Origin: an uncultured cyanobacterium
GTDB lineage: Bacteria > Cyanobacteriota > Cyanobacteriia > Cyanobacteriales > Nostocaceae
Assembly (NCBI GenBank): GCA_963740315.1
Contig: CAVUDP010000001.1
Span: 288,001 to 352,000, forward strand
Reading direction: 5' to 3'
DNA: 64,000 nt
A program made the translations under genes and the position numbers. Below the pieces are notes generated by a model. The model was given only the letters and a program-made list of their open reading frames with translations. It had not been told where the DNA came from and made no database searches. Shown in pieces: positions 20,484-30,976 of the stretch (within the stretch, counting starts at the first letter, position 1; the number at the start of each line of letters is the position of its first letter).

Positions 20484-21083
20484 ATGCTCGATTGGATAAC
20501 TAATATAATTACTTCCTTCGGCTACTTGGGAATTGGTTTTTTAATGTTTTTAGAAAACGTCTTTCCACCAATACCTTCTGAATTAATAATGCCCTTAGCG
20601 GGATTCACCGCGACTCAAGGAAAGCTAAGTTTGCAATTTGTAATTTTAGCAGGAACCTTGGGTTCACTTTTAGGTGTGTTGCCTTGGTATTATGTCGGTA
20701 AAGTTGTGGGTGAAAAACGTTTGCGGGAATGGATAGATAAATATGGGAAATGGTTAACTTTATCGGGTGCGGATATAGATAGATCGAAAAGATGGTTAAA
20801 TAAATACGGAAAAGCAACAGTATTTTTTGGTCGTCTTGTACCCGGAATTCGTACTTTTATTTCCGTTCCCGCAGGTTTAGATAATATGCCGTTAGTGCCG
20901 TTTTTATTATATTCCTTTGCGGGCAGCTTAATATGGACGGCACTGTTAACTTATGCGGGTTTTGTATTAGGAAATAATTATCAACAAGTAGAAAAATATA
21001 TAGCTCCAATTTCTGTAATTATTATCGCTTCAATTATAATTTATTTAATAATTTCATTTATTCGTCGGAAAACTAAACAGTAA
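20484..21083 (+). CDS. DedA family membrane protein
   Basis: ENVFPPIPSE and GRLVPGIRTFISVPAG motifs. Confidence 0.93.
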   Translation: MLDWITNIITSFGYLGIGFLMFLENVFPPIPSELIMPLAGFTATQGKLSLQFVILAGTLGSLLGVLPWYYVGKVVGEKRLREWIDKYGKWLTLSGADIDRSKRWLNKYGKATVFFGRLVPGIRTFISVPAGLDNMPLVPFLLYSFAGSLIWTALLTYAGFVLGNNYQQVEKYIAPISVIIIASIIIYLIISFIRRKTKQ

Positions 21084-21224
21084 TAGGTTCGTAGTAAGGG
21101 CTTCAGCCCTCACTCTTACAGCAATAGGTTCGTAGTAAGGGCTTCAGCCCTCACTCTTACCCAAAGCATTCGCAGTAAGCAAAGAAAATTCTTTAAAAAG
21201 CGATAAATCGCTTACTACAAACCT
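21082..21224. repeat. GTAGTAAGG palindromic repeat (family B) with a local tandem duplication
   Basis: GTTCGTAGTAAGGGCTTCAGCCCT twice plus an inverted CTTACTACAAAC; other copies at 32744-32880, 35798-35853, 39920-39974, 44104-44286. Confidence 0.8.
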
Positions 21225-21227
21225 AAA

Positions 21228-23330
21228 TTAATCTCGTTTTAAAATCAAATGATTCCGCTCGGTTAACTCAGCTTCCCAATTCGGCTCAACCACAATCGTG
21301 CTAATCTTCTCCACAACAATCGCCGCACCTTGAATAACATCCCCCGGTTGTAAATCTTCCCGACGATAAACGGGTGCCCAATACCACTTATCCTTAGTAA
21401 ACATCTGCACCGTTTCCACAGCAATCGGAAATTCATCCAAACCCCGACTGCGTTTAACCAAAGCTTCCTCCGGAGTATCCATCTTTTGAATAACCTCCAC
21501 CGAAACCGACTCCACAATCAAATTTTTGTCCGCTTGCACAAAACCATATCTCAACTTATGTTCCCGCTCAAACTCCTCCCGCATCATTTCCACATCTGCA
21601 ACAAAATCAATCCCCAAAACAGAATTAGTCCCCTCATACTTCAAATTAACTTTTCTTACAACCTCCTCTTCTTGGTTAACCTCCGCGCTCTGCGTTTCCA
21701 ATTCCCCCCTCCCTTGACTTTCCAACCTTTCCATCAACCCCCGCAATTCCCCCAACAACTCCACATCCAAAACCTTTTCCACACCCGCTTCCCTTATCGC
21801 TCTCACATCAGCCAAACCCATACCATAAGCGGAAAGCACCCCCGCATAAGGATGTAGAAAAATCTTTTTCATTCCCAAAGTCTCTGCAATTAAACAAGCA
21901 ACCTGCGCTCCCGCACCCCCGAAACAGCAAAGCGCGTAATTAGTCACATCATAACCGCGTTGCAGACTTATTTTTTTAACCGCATTCGCCATACTTTCCA
22001 CAGCGATCGCAATAAATCCAGCAGCAACTTGTTCTGGTGTACGATTGTTTCCGGTAGCTGCTTCTATATCCTGCGCTAACTGTATAAATTTTTTAGTAAC
22101 AACATCTTTATCTAAAGCTTGATTTCCATCCTTACCAAACACCGCAGGGAAATATTGCGGATGAATTTTACCCAACATTACATTAGCATCAGTCACCGCC
22201 AACTTACCCCCGCGACGATAACAAGCGGGGCCAGGATTTGAACCAGCAGATTCCGGCCCCACGCGATAGCTCGAACCATCGAACGTTAAAATCGAACCGC
22301 CACCCGCAGCGATTGTATGTATTGCCAGCACCGGAACTCGCATCCTTGCTCCAGCAATTTCCGAATCCAACTGTCGCTCGTATTCACCATTAAAATGGGC
22401 AACATCGGTACTAGTTCCCCCCATATCAAAAGTAATTATTGAATTAAAACCACCCCTCAAACTAGTTTGCACAGCACCAACAATACCCCCCGCAGGGCCG
22501 CTTAAAATGCTATCTTTACCTTGGAATTGTTGGGCATCAACTAAACCCCCATCTGACTTCATAAACATCAACTTCACACCGGGTAATTGACTAGCTACAG
22601 AGTCAACATAGCGACGTAAAATAGGAGTTAAATACGCATCAACAACCGTCGTATCACCCCGGCTAACCAACTTCATCAACGGACTAACTTGATGAGAAAT
22701 AGATATCTGCGTAAATCCGATATCGCGAGCAATTTTAGATATCTGCTGCTCGTGTTGCGGATAATTGTAACTATGCATCAATACAACAGCACAGCTACGA
22801 ATTCCCGTATTGAAAGCGGTTTGTAAATCTTGTTTAACTGCTTCAACATCCACCGGGATTAACTCATTACCTTTAGCATCATAGCGCTCGTTAACCTCAA
22901 TAACTTGCTCGTAAAGCATACTAGGTAAAACGATGTGACGAGCAAAGATATCGGGACGATTTTGATAACCAATTCGCAACGCATCCTTGAATCCCTTAGT
23001 GATGGCAAGTAAAACGCGATCGCCCTTTCTTTCCAACAGCGCATTAGTAGCGACAGTAGTACCCATTTTTACCACTTCAATTTCTTGGGTGGGAATGGAT
23101 TGATTGGTGGAAATTCCGAGAATATCGCGAATACCTTGAATAGCTGCATCTTGATAGCGATCGGGATTTTCGGAAAGTAGCTTATAAACGATTACCCATT
23201 GTTGATTCGGAAGAGGAACAATTAAAAAGCGTTGGGGATGGTTTGCGAGTTGGTTTATTGTGGTTTGATTGTCAGTAACGGCGACAATATCGGTAAAAGT
23301 TCCACCCCTGTCTGCAAATACTTTTAACAT
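21228..23330 (-). CDS. Hydantoinase A/5-oxoprolinase ATP-binding subunit
   Basis: DRGGTFTD, GTTVATNALLER, SGPAGG, DMGGTSTDV. Confidence 0.93.
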   Translation of the reverse strand: MLKVFADRGGTFTDIVAVTDNQTTINQLANHPQRFLIVPLPNQQWVIVYKLLSENPDRYQDAAIQGIRDILGISTNQSIPTQEIEVVKMGTTVATNALLERKGDRVLLAITKGFKDALRIGYQNRPDIFARHIVLPSMLYEQVIEVNERYDAKGNELIPVDVEAVKQDLQTAFNTGIRSCAVVLMHSYNYPQHEQQISKIARDIGFTQISISHQVSPLMKLVSRGDTTVVDAYLTPILRRYVDSVASQLPGVKLMFMKSDGGLVDAQQFQGKDSILSGPAGGIVGAVQTSLRGGFNSIITFDMGGTSTDVAHFNGEYERQLDSEIAGARMRVPVLAIHTIAAGGGSILTFDGSSYRVGPESAGSNPGPACYRRGGKLAVTDANVMLGKIHPQYFPAVFGKDGNQALDKDVVTKKFIQLAQDIEAATGNNRTPEQVAAGFIAIAVESMANAVKKISLQRGYDVTNYALCCFGGAGAQVACLIAETLGMKKIFLHPYAGVLSAYGMGLADVRAIREAGVEKVLDVELLGELRGLMERLESQGRGELETQSAEVNQEEEVVRKVNLKYEGTNSVLGIDFVADVEMMREEFEREHKLRYGFVQADKNLIVESVSVEVIQKMDTPEEALVKRSRGLDEFPIAVETVQMFTKDKWYWAPVYRREDLQPGDVIQGAAIVVEKISTIVVEPNWEAELTERNHLILKRD

Positions 23331-23458
23331 AGTTTTGGATTTTGGAAGTAGGTTTTATCAAAGAATAGATGATGTAGAGACGCAAGGGTATCGCGTCTAT
23401 ATAAGAGTTATCGTTATTTAATAAAGGTTTTTACGGGAAGGAGAATTATTGTATTTTT

Positions 23459-23985
23459 GTAGGGTGTGTTAGACGCACGACTATATAGTGATTTAACGAG
23501 TAATTTGGAATTCGTCTAACGCACCATCTGTTATTGATAATACTCACCCTCAGACTATAAGTCTGGGGCTACACAAACAAAGCCCACCTGCGTGGGCTAA
23601 GTTACTAGAAATTTGATGAGATTATAATTAAAAAATATTGTATAGCTTTTTAATAAAAATATGACTGGAATAGAGTGGTTAAGAACACTTCATACGAAAC
23701 AGCTTATTGAATTGAAAAATGATTGTTATAAATATTTACGTGGTGGGGGTGATATTGATTATGATGGTCATATTTTTAACCTTGAAGAATTAAAGCAGGT
23801 TTTGAGTGAAAACCTCATATTCCAAATCGAGCAGAAACTAATCAAATTCGGAAGAAAGCTGCGAAATATAAAAAGCGATTGCATCAATCTAGTAAATAAA
23901 AAATAATTCTTTTGTAGGGTGCTGTTAGACGCACGACAATATTATGATTTAACGAGCAATTTGGAATTCGTCTAACGCACCATCT
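23459..23985 (+). repeat. Two ~71-bp direct copies of the family C repeat (23459-23529, 23914-23985) flanking a small ORF
   Basis: GTAGGGTG(C)TGTTAGACGCACGAC...GGAATTCGTCTAACGCACCATCT in both. Confidence 0.85.
23661..23906 (+). CDS. Small hypothetical protein, possibly frameshifted (alternative end 23899)
   Basis: ORF track; a shifted frame after ...LKQVLSE reads PHIPNRAETNQIRKKAAKYKKRLHQSSK*. Confidence 0.5.
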   Translation: MTGIEWLRTLHTKQLIELKNDCYKYLRGGGDIDYDGHIFNLEELKQVLSENLIFQIEQKLIKFGRKLRNIKSDCINLVNKK

Positions 23986-24162
23986 AAGATTAGACAGTAG
24001 GTTGGGTTAAAGGCGCAAGATAATTTAATGGTTTACGAGAGATAAAGATGCGCCGTAACCCAACATTTAGATTTTGGTTTTAAAGAAGATTGATAATATT
24101 CAAAGTTTGTTAAATTACTTTCACAGCCGATAAACTGCTTATTTATAACCAGTTATCCAATT

Positions 24163-24537
24163 TTATCGCGCATCCCCTTGAATAGACTTTACGGTTCCCA
24201 ATACCTCTTCAATTTTACGTGGCAATGTATAAATACCGGAAATATAAATACAATCTTCTTCTGGTTGAATTGTTGAATAAATCACTCTTACTTCATAATC
24301 TGTTAAGCGTTCAATACTGACATATCCTACAACTTCAATATCTTCTGGAATTTCATATCTCTCTTGACTCAAAATATATCTTTGCTCTAATCCGTCAGCT
24401 ATTTTATTAAGTTCATTTTGTTCGAGCAATATATTATTAAAGCAGTAATGATATACACGGCAACATTTATTGTTTTCTAAAATTGTAAGTTGAGGAACAT
24501 TTTTAAACTTAATCATGCTTGCATCATATTTTTTCAT
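24163..24537 (-). CDS. Hypothetical protein
   Basis: 124-aa ORF with ATG and upstream AAGGTGAG SD-like sequence. Confidence 0.6.
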   Translation of the reverse strand: MKKYDASMIKFKNVPQLTILENNKCCRVYHYCFNNILLEQNELNKIADGLEQRYILSQERYEIPEDIEVVGYVSIERLTDYEVRVIYSTIQPEEDCIYISGIYTLPRKIEEVLGTVKSIQGDAR

Positions 24538-24562
24538 AAAAGCTCACCTTTTTGAAAATTAT

Positions 24563-24715
24563 TTATAGTTCTTTCCAAGCTTTATCTTCCTCGGGTTCCA
24601 ACCAAATTTTGTTTAGTGATGATTCACTTAATTTGAGAAAGTCTTCTACTAATTTTTGAGTATCATCTGTATCGGTAACTTGTACCTTTTTAGCCGGAAT
24701 TTTGTCTTTAGCCAT
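24563..24715 (-). CDS. Small antitoxin-like protein (DUF2281-like C-terminus), 50 aa, missed by ORF track
   Basis: MAKDKIPAKKVQVTDTDDTQKLVEDFLKLSESSLNKIWLEPEEDKAWKEL*; the SESSL..IW..PEED.AW..L ending is typical of such antitoxins. Confidence 0.6.
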   Translation of the reverse strand: MAKDKIPAKKVQVTDTDDTQKLVEDFLKLSESSLNKIWLEPEEDKAWKEL

Positions 24716-24792
24716 GATATTTGATTGTTAATGTTCTGCTTTTATATTAGCTTGAATTAATGGTATAATCTAAAAAATTAGGAAAATTAACA

Positions 24793-25062
24793 ATGATTGG
24801 TACTAATATTTACATCAGTCAAGAAACTCAAGAATCTTTAGTTAAAGCAGCAACTTTACAACAAGTTTCTGTTGAAGAATTAGCTTCTTCTATCTTGAGA
24901 GAAACTATCCAAGAAAAGTTTGGAAAAATTAGCGATTCTTCAGAAAATCAACGCAACTTTGCCGTTAATCCGCTTACGGAAATGCAACCCTATGCTTATT
25001 TAGCAGATCCAAATGAACCTGCTATTTCTCCTGATGATTGGGAAATGAATCAGGATTTTTAG
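24793..25062 (+). CDS. Putative antitoxin upstream of a PIN toxin
   Basis: Acidic C-terminus DPNEPAISPDDWE; 10 bp before the PIN gene. Confidence 0.65.
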   Translation: MIGTNIYISQETQESLVKAATLQQVSVEELASSILRETIQEKFGKISDSSENQRNFAVNPLTEMQPYAYLADPNEPAISPDDWEMNQDF

Positions 25063-25072
25063 GTTTTTACTT

Positions 25073-25467
25073 ATGATTATTCTTGATACCCATATTTGGG
25101 TTTGGTGGAATCATAATGATTTAAAATTGACCTCAAATCATCATGAAGCAATAAATAAAGAAAGACCATTAGGGTTAGGTATTAGCTCCATAAGTCTGAT
25201 AGAGATTACCAGACTTGTTACTCAAAATAGGTTAATTCTCCCTTGTACGCTTCAAGAATGGTTTAATATTGCTTTGCCCAAGAGGGGGTAATTCTTCTGT
25301 CAATAACTCCTCAAATTGCCATTGATTCCTATTCACTTCCAGGAAATTTTCATAAAGATCCAGCCGATAGAATAATCGTTTCAACAGCAAGAATATATGA
25401 TGTTCCGTTACTGAGTGTAGATGAAAAAATACTTGCTTATTCTTATGTAAAAACAATTCAACCTTAA
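25073..25467 (+). pseudogene. vapC: VapC/PIN toxin with a -1 frameshift
   Basis: MIILDTHIWVW...; after ~25277 the shifted frame continues QEGVILLSITPQIAIDSYSLPGNFHKDPADRIIVSTARIYDVPLLSVDEKILAY...*; 395 nt = 3n-1. Confidence 0.85.
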
Positions 25468-25480
25468 TATAAAATACGAT

Positions 25481-25567
25481 TGTCACACTTGGGGTAATAG
25501 TTACGAACATTTGCTGGAGATGTTAGAAGATGCTATCCAAGGTTGGTTGGAAGTTGCGAGCGAGTAG
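25481..25567 (+). pseudogene. HicB-family antitoxin C-terminal remnant
   Basis: CHTWGNSYEHLLEMLEDAIQGWLEVASE* resembles the HicB G-C-x-T-x-G...EAI core; no start. Confidence 0.6.
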
Positions 25568-26537
25568 ATACATTCTTTTTGATAAATGATGCATATGTTT
25601 GAACTTGGTCAATTTTAAAACCCAAGCTGTAATATAGTCGTAAAGCTCGTTTATATGTGCGATTTGTACCAATAAAAAAGTATTTACTTGGCTCTCCAAA
25701 GTGATTCTTAAGCTTGTACATACAACGAATTGCTAAAAATCTTCCAAGCCCTTTACCGTAAAAATCGGGTAATATTGCCAATTCTTCGATAGACATTTCG
25801 TTACCCCAAATACGTCCGTAACAAGAACCTATTATTCTTCCATCGCATTCTAATCCAACCCAACTTTTCACGGCATCTTTTTTGTCTTGAACATCCGTTA
25901 ACTGCCATCTTGTGAATTCTCTTCGCTGTTCTATTTTTAGTAAAGGAAATCCATAATAATGTACGGCATAAGCCTTATTGTATAAATCAACGAACTCTGA
26001 TAAACGATTTTTAGTAAAGGGAATTTCGTGAATATTTTTAGGTAGCTGGGGAAGCTCAAGTGTTTCAGTTATATTTTGGTTAGCAGTCATTGTTAACCTT
26101 GGTTCCATATCAAAACCTAGTTCGGGTAAAAGTCCTGCATAGTAAGCGTTATGAGATGGAACTTTTTCATGTATTACCATTACAAGTTCATCAGCAGGAC
26201 TAACTTGAAGAAATTCAGTTTTAATCTGTTCAATTGCTGTTTTAACAATTTGATATCTATTAGACCACGAAGAAGGGATTATATATTGAATACTTTGTTT
26301 CCCATAATTATTGATAAGACAGCGACAAAAAGCAGTTTGATTATTTTCAATTTCAATCAAATAAAGTGTATCATTATGTACAACTGTTTCATCATAGGGT
26401 ATTTCAGAATAATTTTTAATAAATGCATCAACCTCATGGGGATGAAAACAAAGTATTGGAAATATCTCATAAACTGTTTTTTTTAATTGCTGTAGATGCT
26501 CCGAGTATTCGCTTTCTTCTATTCTCTTTAAACTCAT
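25533..26537 (-). CDS. GNAT family N-acetyltransferase
   Basis: LAILPDFYGKGLGR acetyl-CoA motif; ALRLYYSLGF. Confidence 0.8.
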   Translation of the reverse strand: MSLKRIEESEYSEHLQQLKKTVYEIFPILCFHPHEVDAFIKNYSEIPYDETVVHNDTLYLIEIENNQTAFCRCLINNYGKQSIQYIIPSSWSNRYQIVKTAIEQIKTEFLQVSPADELVMVIHEKVPSHNAYYAGLLPELGFDMEPRLTMTANQNITETLELPQLPKNIHEIPFTKNRLSEFVDLYNKAYAVHYYGFPLLKIEQRREFTRWQLTDVQDKKDAVKSWVGLECDGRIIGSCYGRIWGNEMSIEELAILPDFYGKGLGRFLAIRCMYKLKNHFGEPSKYFFIGTNRTYKRALRLYYSLGFKIDQVQTYASFIKKNVSTRSQLPTNLG

Positions 26538-26721
26538 AAAAATTATATATACTATTTTACTTTTGCATAATCATATAGCATTTGTTAAAAATGCACAATT
26601 TATAATAATTATAGTACTCATTTTTAATATCTATTTCAGATTTTAGTGAGATATCAATAACTAAAAAAATGGTGCGTTACGCTCCGCGATAACACACCCT
26701 ACAAAATTCACTTATTATTAT

Positions 26722-29700
26722 TTATTCTTCAACAACTTTCCGCTCTGCTAAATACTCATACATTTTCCAACGCTGATTCACTTCTAATTCCGCTTCTTTC
26801 ATCAATTTTTCTGCAATTTCAGGTTTACTTTTCTTCAACATTTTGAAGCGATTTTCTTTGTACATTGATTCTTCTGGGGAATTTTTCGGCTCTCTCATAT
26901 CTAGCTGCAAGGGATTTTTACCTTGTTTAACCAAGTCGGGATTGTAACGATAAAGCAACCATCTTCCCGATTCTACTAAGGCTTTTTGATTGCTCATTGC
27001 TGTACCCATATCTATTCCGTGAGCGATGCAATGGCTGTAAGCAATTATTAATGATGGTCCCTCAAATGCTTCTGCTTCTAAAAATGCTTTGAGGGTATGT
27101 TCGTCTCTGGCTCCTAATGCTACGCTCGCTACGTAAATATTTCCGTATGTCATAGCAATCAATCCTAAGTCTTTTTTCGCTGCGGGCTTACCACTAGCGG
27201 CAAATTTGGCTACTGCTGCTTTGGGTGTTGATTTTGATGATTGTCCGCCGGTGTTGGAATACACTTCGGTATCCATGACCAAAACGTTTACATTACGACC
27301 GCTGGCAAGTACGTGATCTAATCCTCCAAAGTCGATGTCGTAAGCCCAACCATCTCCGCCAACTATCCAAACGCTCTTTTTAACCAAATAATCAGCAAGT
27401 GATTTTAGATTTTGGATTTTGGATTTTGGATTAGTGGAGTTTTCTGACAATTTCTGCTTCAACAACCCAACCCTTTCTCTTTGCTCCCAAATATCAGCTT
27501 CAGTTTTCTGAGATGCATTCAAAATTGATTCAGCTAAATCTGTAGAAATCAAACCTTGAGAAGCCAATTCCCGCAACAACTCCGCAGCATATTCCGCTTT
27601 CTTATCCACTGACAACCGGAAACCAAAACCGAATTCGGCGTTGTCTTCAAATAAACTATTTGACCAAGCCGGACCTCTTCCTTCAGCGTTTTTCGTCCAA
27701 GGAGTTGTCGGGAGGTTGCCACCGAAGATAGATGAGCATCCCGTAGCATTAGCAATGAGAGCGCGATCGCCAAACAACTGACTCAGTAATTTTAAGTATG
27801 GTGTTTCGCCACATCCAGCACAAGCACCGGAAAATTCAAATAATGGTTCTTGCAGTTGCTGCTGGCGAATTTGATTTAATTTCAGTTTATTTCTGTCAGG
27901 ATTCGGTATATTAAGGAAATAATCCCAGTTTTCTGTTTCTTGCTCTCGTAAAGGCAATTGTGGTTCCATATTAATTGCTTTACGTTCGGGATTATTCTTA
28001 TCTTTCGCCGGACAAATATCAACACAAATAGTACATCCAGTACAGTCGGAAGGCGCTACTTGAATAGTAAATTTCTCTCCTGCAAAGGCTTTATCTCTAG
28101 CATCAGTAAATTTAAAAGTTGCCGGAGCATTACTTAATTCACCTTCCTGATAAACCTTAGCGCGAATCGCAGCATGAGGACAAACCATAACGCACTTACC
28201 GCACTGAACGCAGACATCCGCTTCCCAAACAGGAATCTCTTGAGCTACGTTGCGTTTTTCTAATTTGGATGTACCAGTAGGGAAAGTACCGTCAGCATTT
28301 AATAATGCACTTACGGGTAATTCGTTTCCTCTTCCAGTCATCATTTTTTGCAGCGTAGATTCTGGGAGACGTAGCAGTGCTACGTCTCTACACCCAATTT
28401 CGGATTTGTTAATTTCAACTTTATGCAAGTTTTCCAGGGTATTATCTACAGCTTGCAGATTCATTGCAACGATTTTATCGCCTTTTTTACCGTAAGTCTT
28501 TTTAATAGAATATTTAATTTTTTCTATGGCTTCATCTTGCGGTAAAACACCATTCTTAGCAAAGAAACAGGTTTGCATTATGGTATTGATTCTTCTACCC
28601 ATACCGCTGTCACGAGCAACTTTATCGGCATTAATAACGTAAAACTTCAGTTGCTTATCGATAATTTTTTGCTGTATATTCGCGGGAAGTTGTTCCCATA
28701 CGGTATCCGGATCGTAGGGACTGTTTAATAAGAATGTTGCACCAGTTACGGCACTTTTCAATACATCAACTTTTTCTAAAAACGTCCATTGATGACAACC
28801 GATAAAATTCGCTTTGTCTATTAAATATGTAGAGCGAATAAACTGAGAACCAAAACGCAAGTGAGAAACCGTCATCGAACCCGATTTCTTTGAATCATAG
28901 ACAAAATAGCCTTGAGCGTAATTGTCTGTTTCCTCACCAATAATTTTGATAGAGTTCTTATTTGCTCCGACAGTTCCATCCGAACCCAAACCGTAAAACA
29001 TCGCTCTGACAACGTTATCGGCTTCTGTAGAAAAGCTCGAATCGTAATCTAAAGAGGTATGAGTTAAGTCATCGTTAATACCAACAGTAAAATTATTCTG
29101 CGGTTTTTCCTTAGCTAAATTATCGTAAATAGCCAGCACCATCGCTGGGGTAAATTCTTTAGAAGAAAGTCCGTAACGCCCACCAACTATTTTAGGAAAA
29201 CTCCCCTTATCCCAAGCTTGATAAATCGCCGTCACAACATCCAAATACAGCGGCTCCCCAGCGCTACCGGGTTCTTTAGTACGATCCAAAACGGCGATCG
29301 CACTCACCGTATCAGGCAAAGCTTGGATAAGTTGATGTGCGTCAAAGGGACGGAATAACCTAACTTTGACAACACCTAACTTTTCACCGCGAGCATTGAG
29401 ATAATCGATAGTTTCGTGTACCGTCTCGCAACCCGAACCCATCAAAACTATTACCCGCTCGGCATCTGGGGCACCGTAATATTCAAAAATCCGATAATGC
29501 CTACCAGTGCGATCGCCAAATTTATCCATTACTTCTTGGACAATTCCAGGGCAAGCATCATAATAAGGATTGATCCGTTCGCGGGCTTGGAAATAAACAT
29601 CGGGATTTTGTGCAGTACCGCGCATAACTGGGTTATCGGGAGTTAATGCGCGGCTTCTGTGGGCAAATACTAATTCATCATCAATTAAAGCCTCCAAATC

Positions 29701-30264
29701 TTCTTTTTGTAAAAGTTCTACCTTTTGAATTTCATGGGAAGTGCGGAAACCGTCGAAAAAGTGCAGAAATGGAACTCTGGCTTTGAGAGTCGCAGCTTGA
29801 GCAATCAGAGCAAAATCGTGTGCCTCCTGTACCGAAGCCGAACACAACATCGCGAAACCCGTAGCGCGAGCCGCCATTACATCACTTTGATCGCCAAAAA
29901 TCGAGAGAGCATGAGTAGCCAGGGAACGCGCTGCAACATGGATAACGGCGCTGGTGAGTTCCCCGGCAATTTTGTACAGGTTGGGAATCATCAACAGCAA
30001 ACCTTGAGATGCAGTGAAAGTAGTAGTCAGCGAACCCGTTTGTAAAGCACCGTGTACCGCAGCCGCAGCACCACCTTCGCTTTGCATCTCAACCACGCTG
30101 GGAACAGTACCCCACAGATTGCGATTACCAAGCGCAGCCCAAGCATCAGCCCATTCCCCCATTGAGGAAGAAGGAGTAATAGGATAAATCGCAATAACTT
30201 CATTTAAAGGGTAAGCAACCCGAGCAACCGCTTCATTTCCATCAATTGTTGCAAATTTGTTCAT
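26722..30264 (-). CDS. nifJ: Pyruvate:ferredoxin (flavodoxin) oxidoreductase
   Basis: IDGNEAVA, YPITPSS, two CxxCxxCxxxCP, GACAGCGETPY, GGDGWAYDI. Confidence 0.97.
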   Translation of the reverse strand: MNKFATIDGNEAVARVAYPLNEVIAIYPITPSSSMGEWADAWAALGNRNLWGTVPSVVEMQSEGGAAAAVHGALQTGSLTTTFTASQGLLLMIPNLYKIAGELTSAVIHVAARSLATHALSIFGDQSDVMAARATGFAMLCSASVQEAHDFALIAQAATLKARVPFLHFFDGFRTSHEIQKVELLQKEDLEALIDDELVFAHRSRALTPDNPVMRGTAQNPDVYFQARERINPYYDACPGIVQEVMDKFGDRTGRHYRIFEYYGAPDAERVIVLMGSGCETVHETIDYLNARGEKLGVVKVRLFRPFDAHQLIQALPDTVSAIAVLDRTKEPGSAGEPLYLDVVTAIYQAWDKGSFPKIVGGRYGLSSKEFTPAMVLAIYDNLAKEKPQNNFTVGINDDLTHTSLDYDSSFSTEADNVVRAMFYGLGSDGTVGANKNSIKIIGEETDNYAQGYFVYDSKKSGSMTVSHLRFGSQFIRSTYLIDKANFIGCHQWTFLEKVDVLKSAVTGATFLLNSPYDPDTVWEQLPANIQQKIIDKQLKFYVINADKVARDSGMGRRINTIMQTCFFAKNGVLPQDEAIEKIKYSIKKTYGKKGDKIVAMNLQAVDNTLENLHKVEINKSEIGCRDVALLRLPESTLQKMMTGRGNELPVSALLNADGTFPTGTSKLEKRNVAQEIPVWEADVCVQCGKCVMVCPHAAIRAKVYQEGELSNAPATFKFTDARDKAFAGEKFTIQVAPSDCTGCTICVDICPAKDKNNPERKAINMEPQLPLREQETENWDYFLNIPNPDRNKLKLNQIRQQQLQEPLFEFSGACAGCGETPYLKLLSQLFGDRALIANATGCSSIFGGNLPTTPWTKNAEGRGPAWSNSLFEDNAEFGFGFRLSVDKKAEYAAELLRELASQGLISTDLAESILNASQKTEADIWEQRERVGLLKQKLSENSTNPKSKIQNLKSLADYLVKKSVWIVGGDGWAYDIDFGGLDHVLASGRNVNVLVMDTEVYSNTGGQSSKSTPKAAVAKFAASGKPAAKKDLGLIAMTYGNIYVASVALGARDEHTLKAFLEAEAFEGPSLIIAYSHCIAHGIDMGTAMSNQKALVESGRWLLYRYNPDLVKQGKNPLQLDMREPKNSPEESMYKENRFKMLKKSKPEIAEKLMKEAELEVNQRWKMYEYLAERKVVEE

Positions 30265-30732
30265 AATTTTTTCTATAAATAAGATTAAGGGAATTGGGGA
30301 TTGGGAATAGGGAGTAGTGCGTTAGCCGCACAGTAAGGTGAACGCGTAGCGTGTCCTCTTAGGACAGCATCTTGCTCGCTGGCATACCTGACAAGATGCT
30401 ATTACTAGCGAGCATCTTGCTCGCACTATTTTATAGATATAAATAAACATAATTTTTTTTACAACTGATTTAGGATTGCTATATATTTAGAAATAATTTT
30501 AAAGTCAAAGTTTTAATTACTATCGATAAAATAAACCCTGATGTATTAATATCTCATTCTAAGTAATGGCAATATTCATACTTATTATGTTCTGTACTCA
30601 AGATAAAAAAGTTTGATATCAAGGGCTTTCTATTAATTTATGAAAAAAAAATAGGGGTATGGGTTCGGGTATTTTTATAACAATATAAGTATCCAAAATA
30701 ATAATCTTGAATTGAAAAATGTTATTTCTAAA

Positions 30733-30841
30733 CTCGTTTACAGGCTCAGCCTGGAAACGCATATCAGGAGGCTCTGCCTCCAAGATCGATCGGGAAGCAG
30801 AGCCTAAAGACAAGCATTACAGGGTAGAACCTTGCAACGAG
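30733..30841. repeat. Cyanobacterial small dispersed palindromic repeat
   Basis: CTCGTT..CAGGCTCAGCCTGG...GGAGGCTCTGCCTCC...AACGAG nested hairpins. Confidence 0.6.
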
Positions 30842-30976
30842 AAGTTTTTTGGTCAAAAAAATCATAAAACCTAGAGAATATCAAAAAGTTAATAAATACG
30901 AACGTTGTTGTAACAAATACTGGCGAATTTATAATTATTACACTATATTATTGTCACTCCAGTTTTATCATCTGAA

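Noticed and set aside
30619..30813. 64-aa ORF and the ORFs at 40060-40496
   Set aside because: Translations of dispersed repeats or antisense to the acetyltransferase
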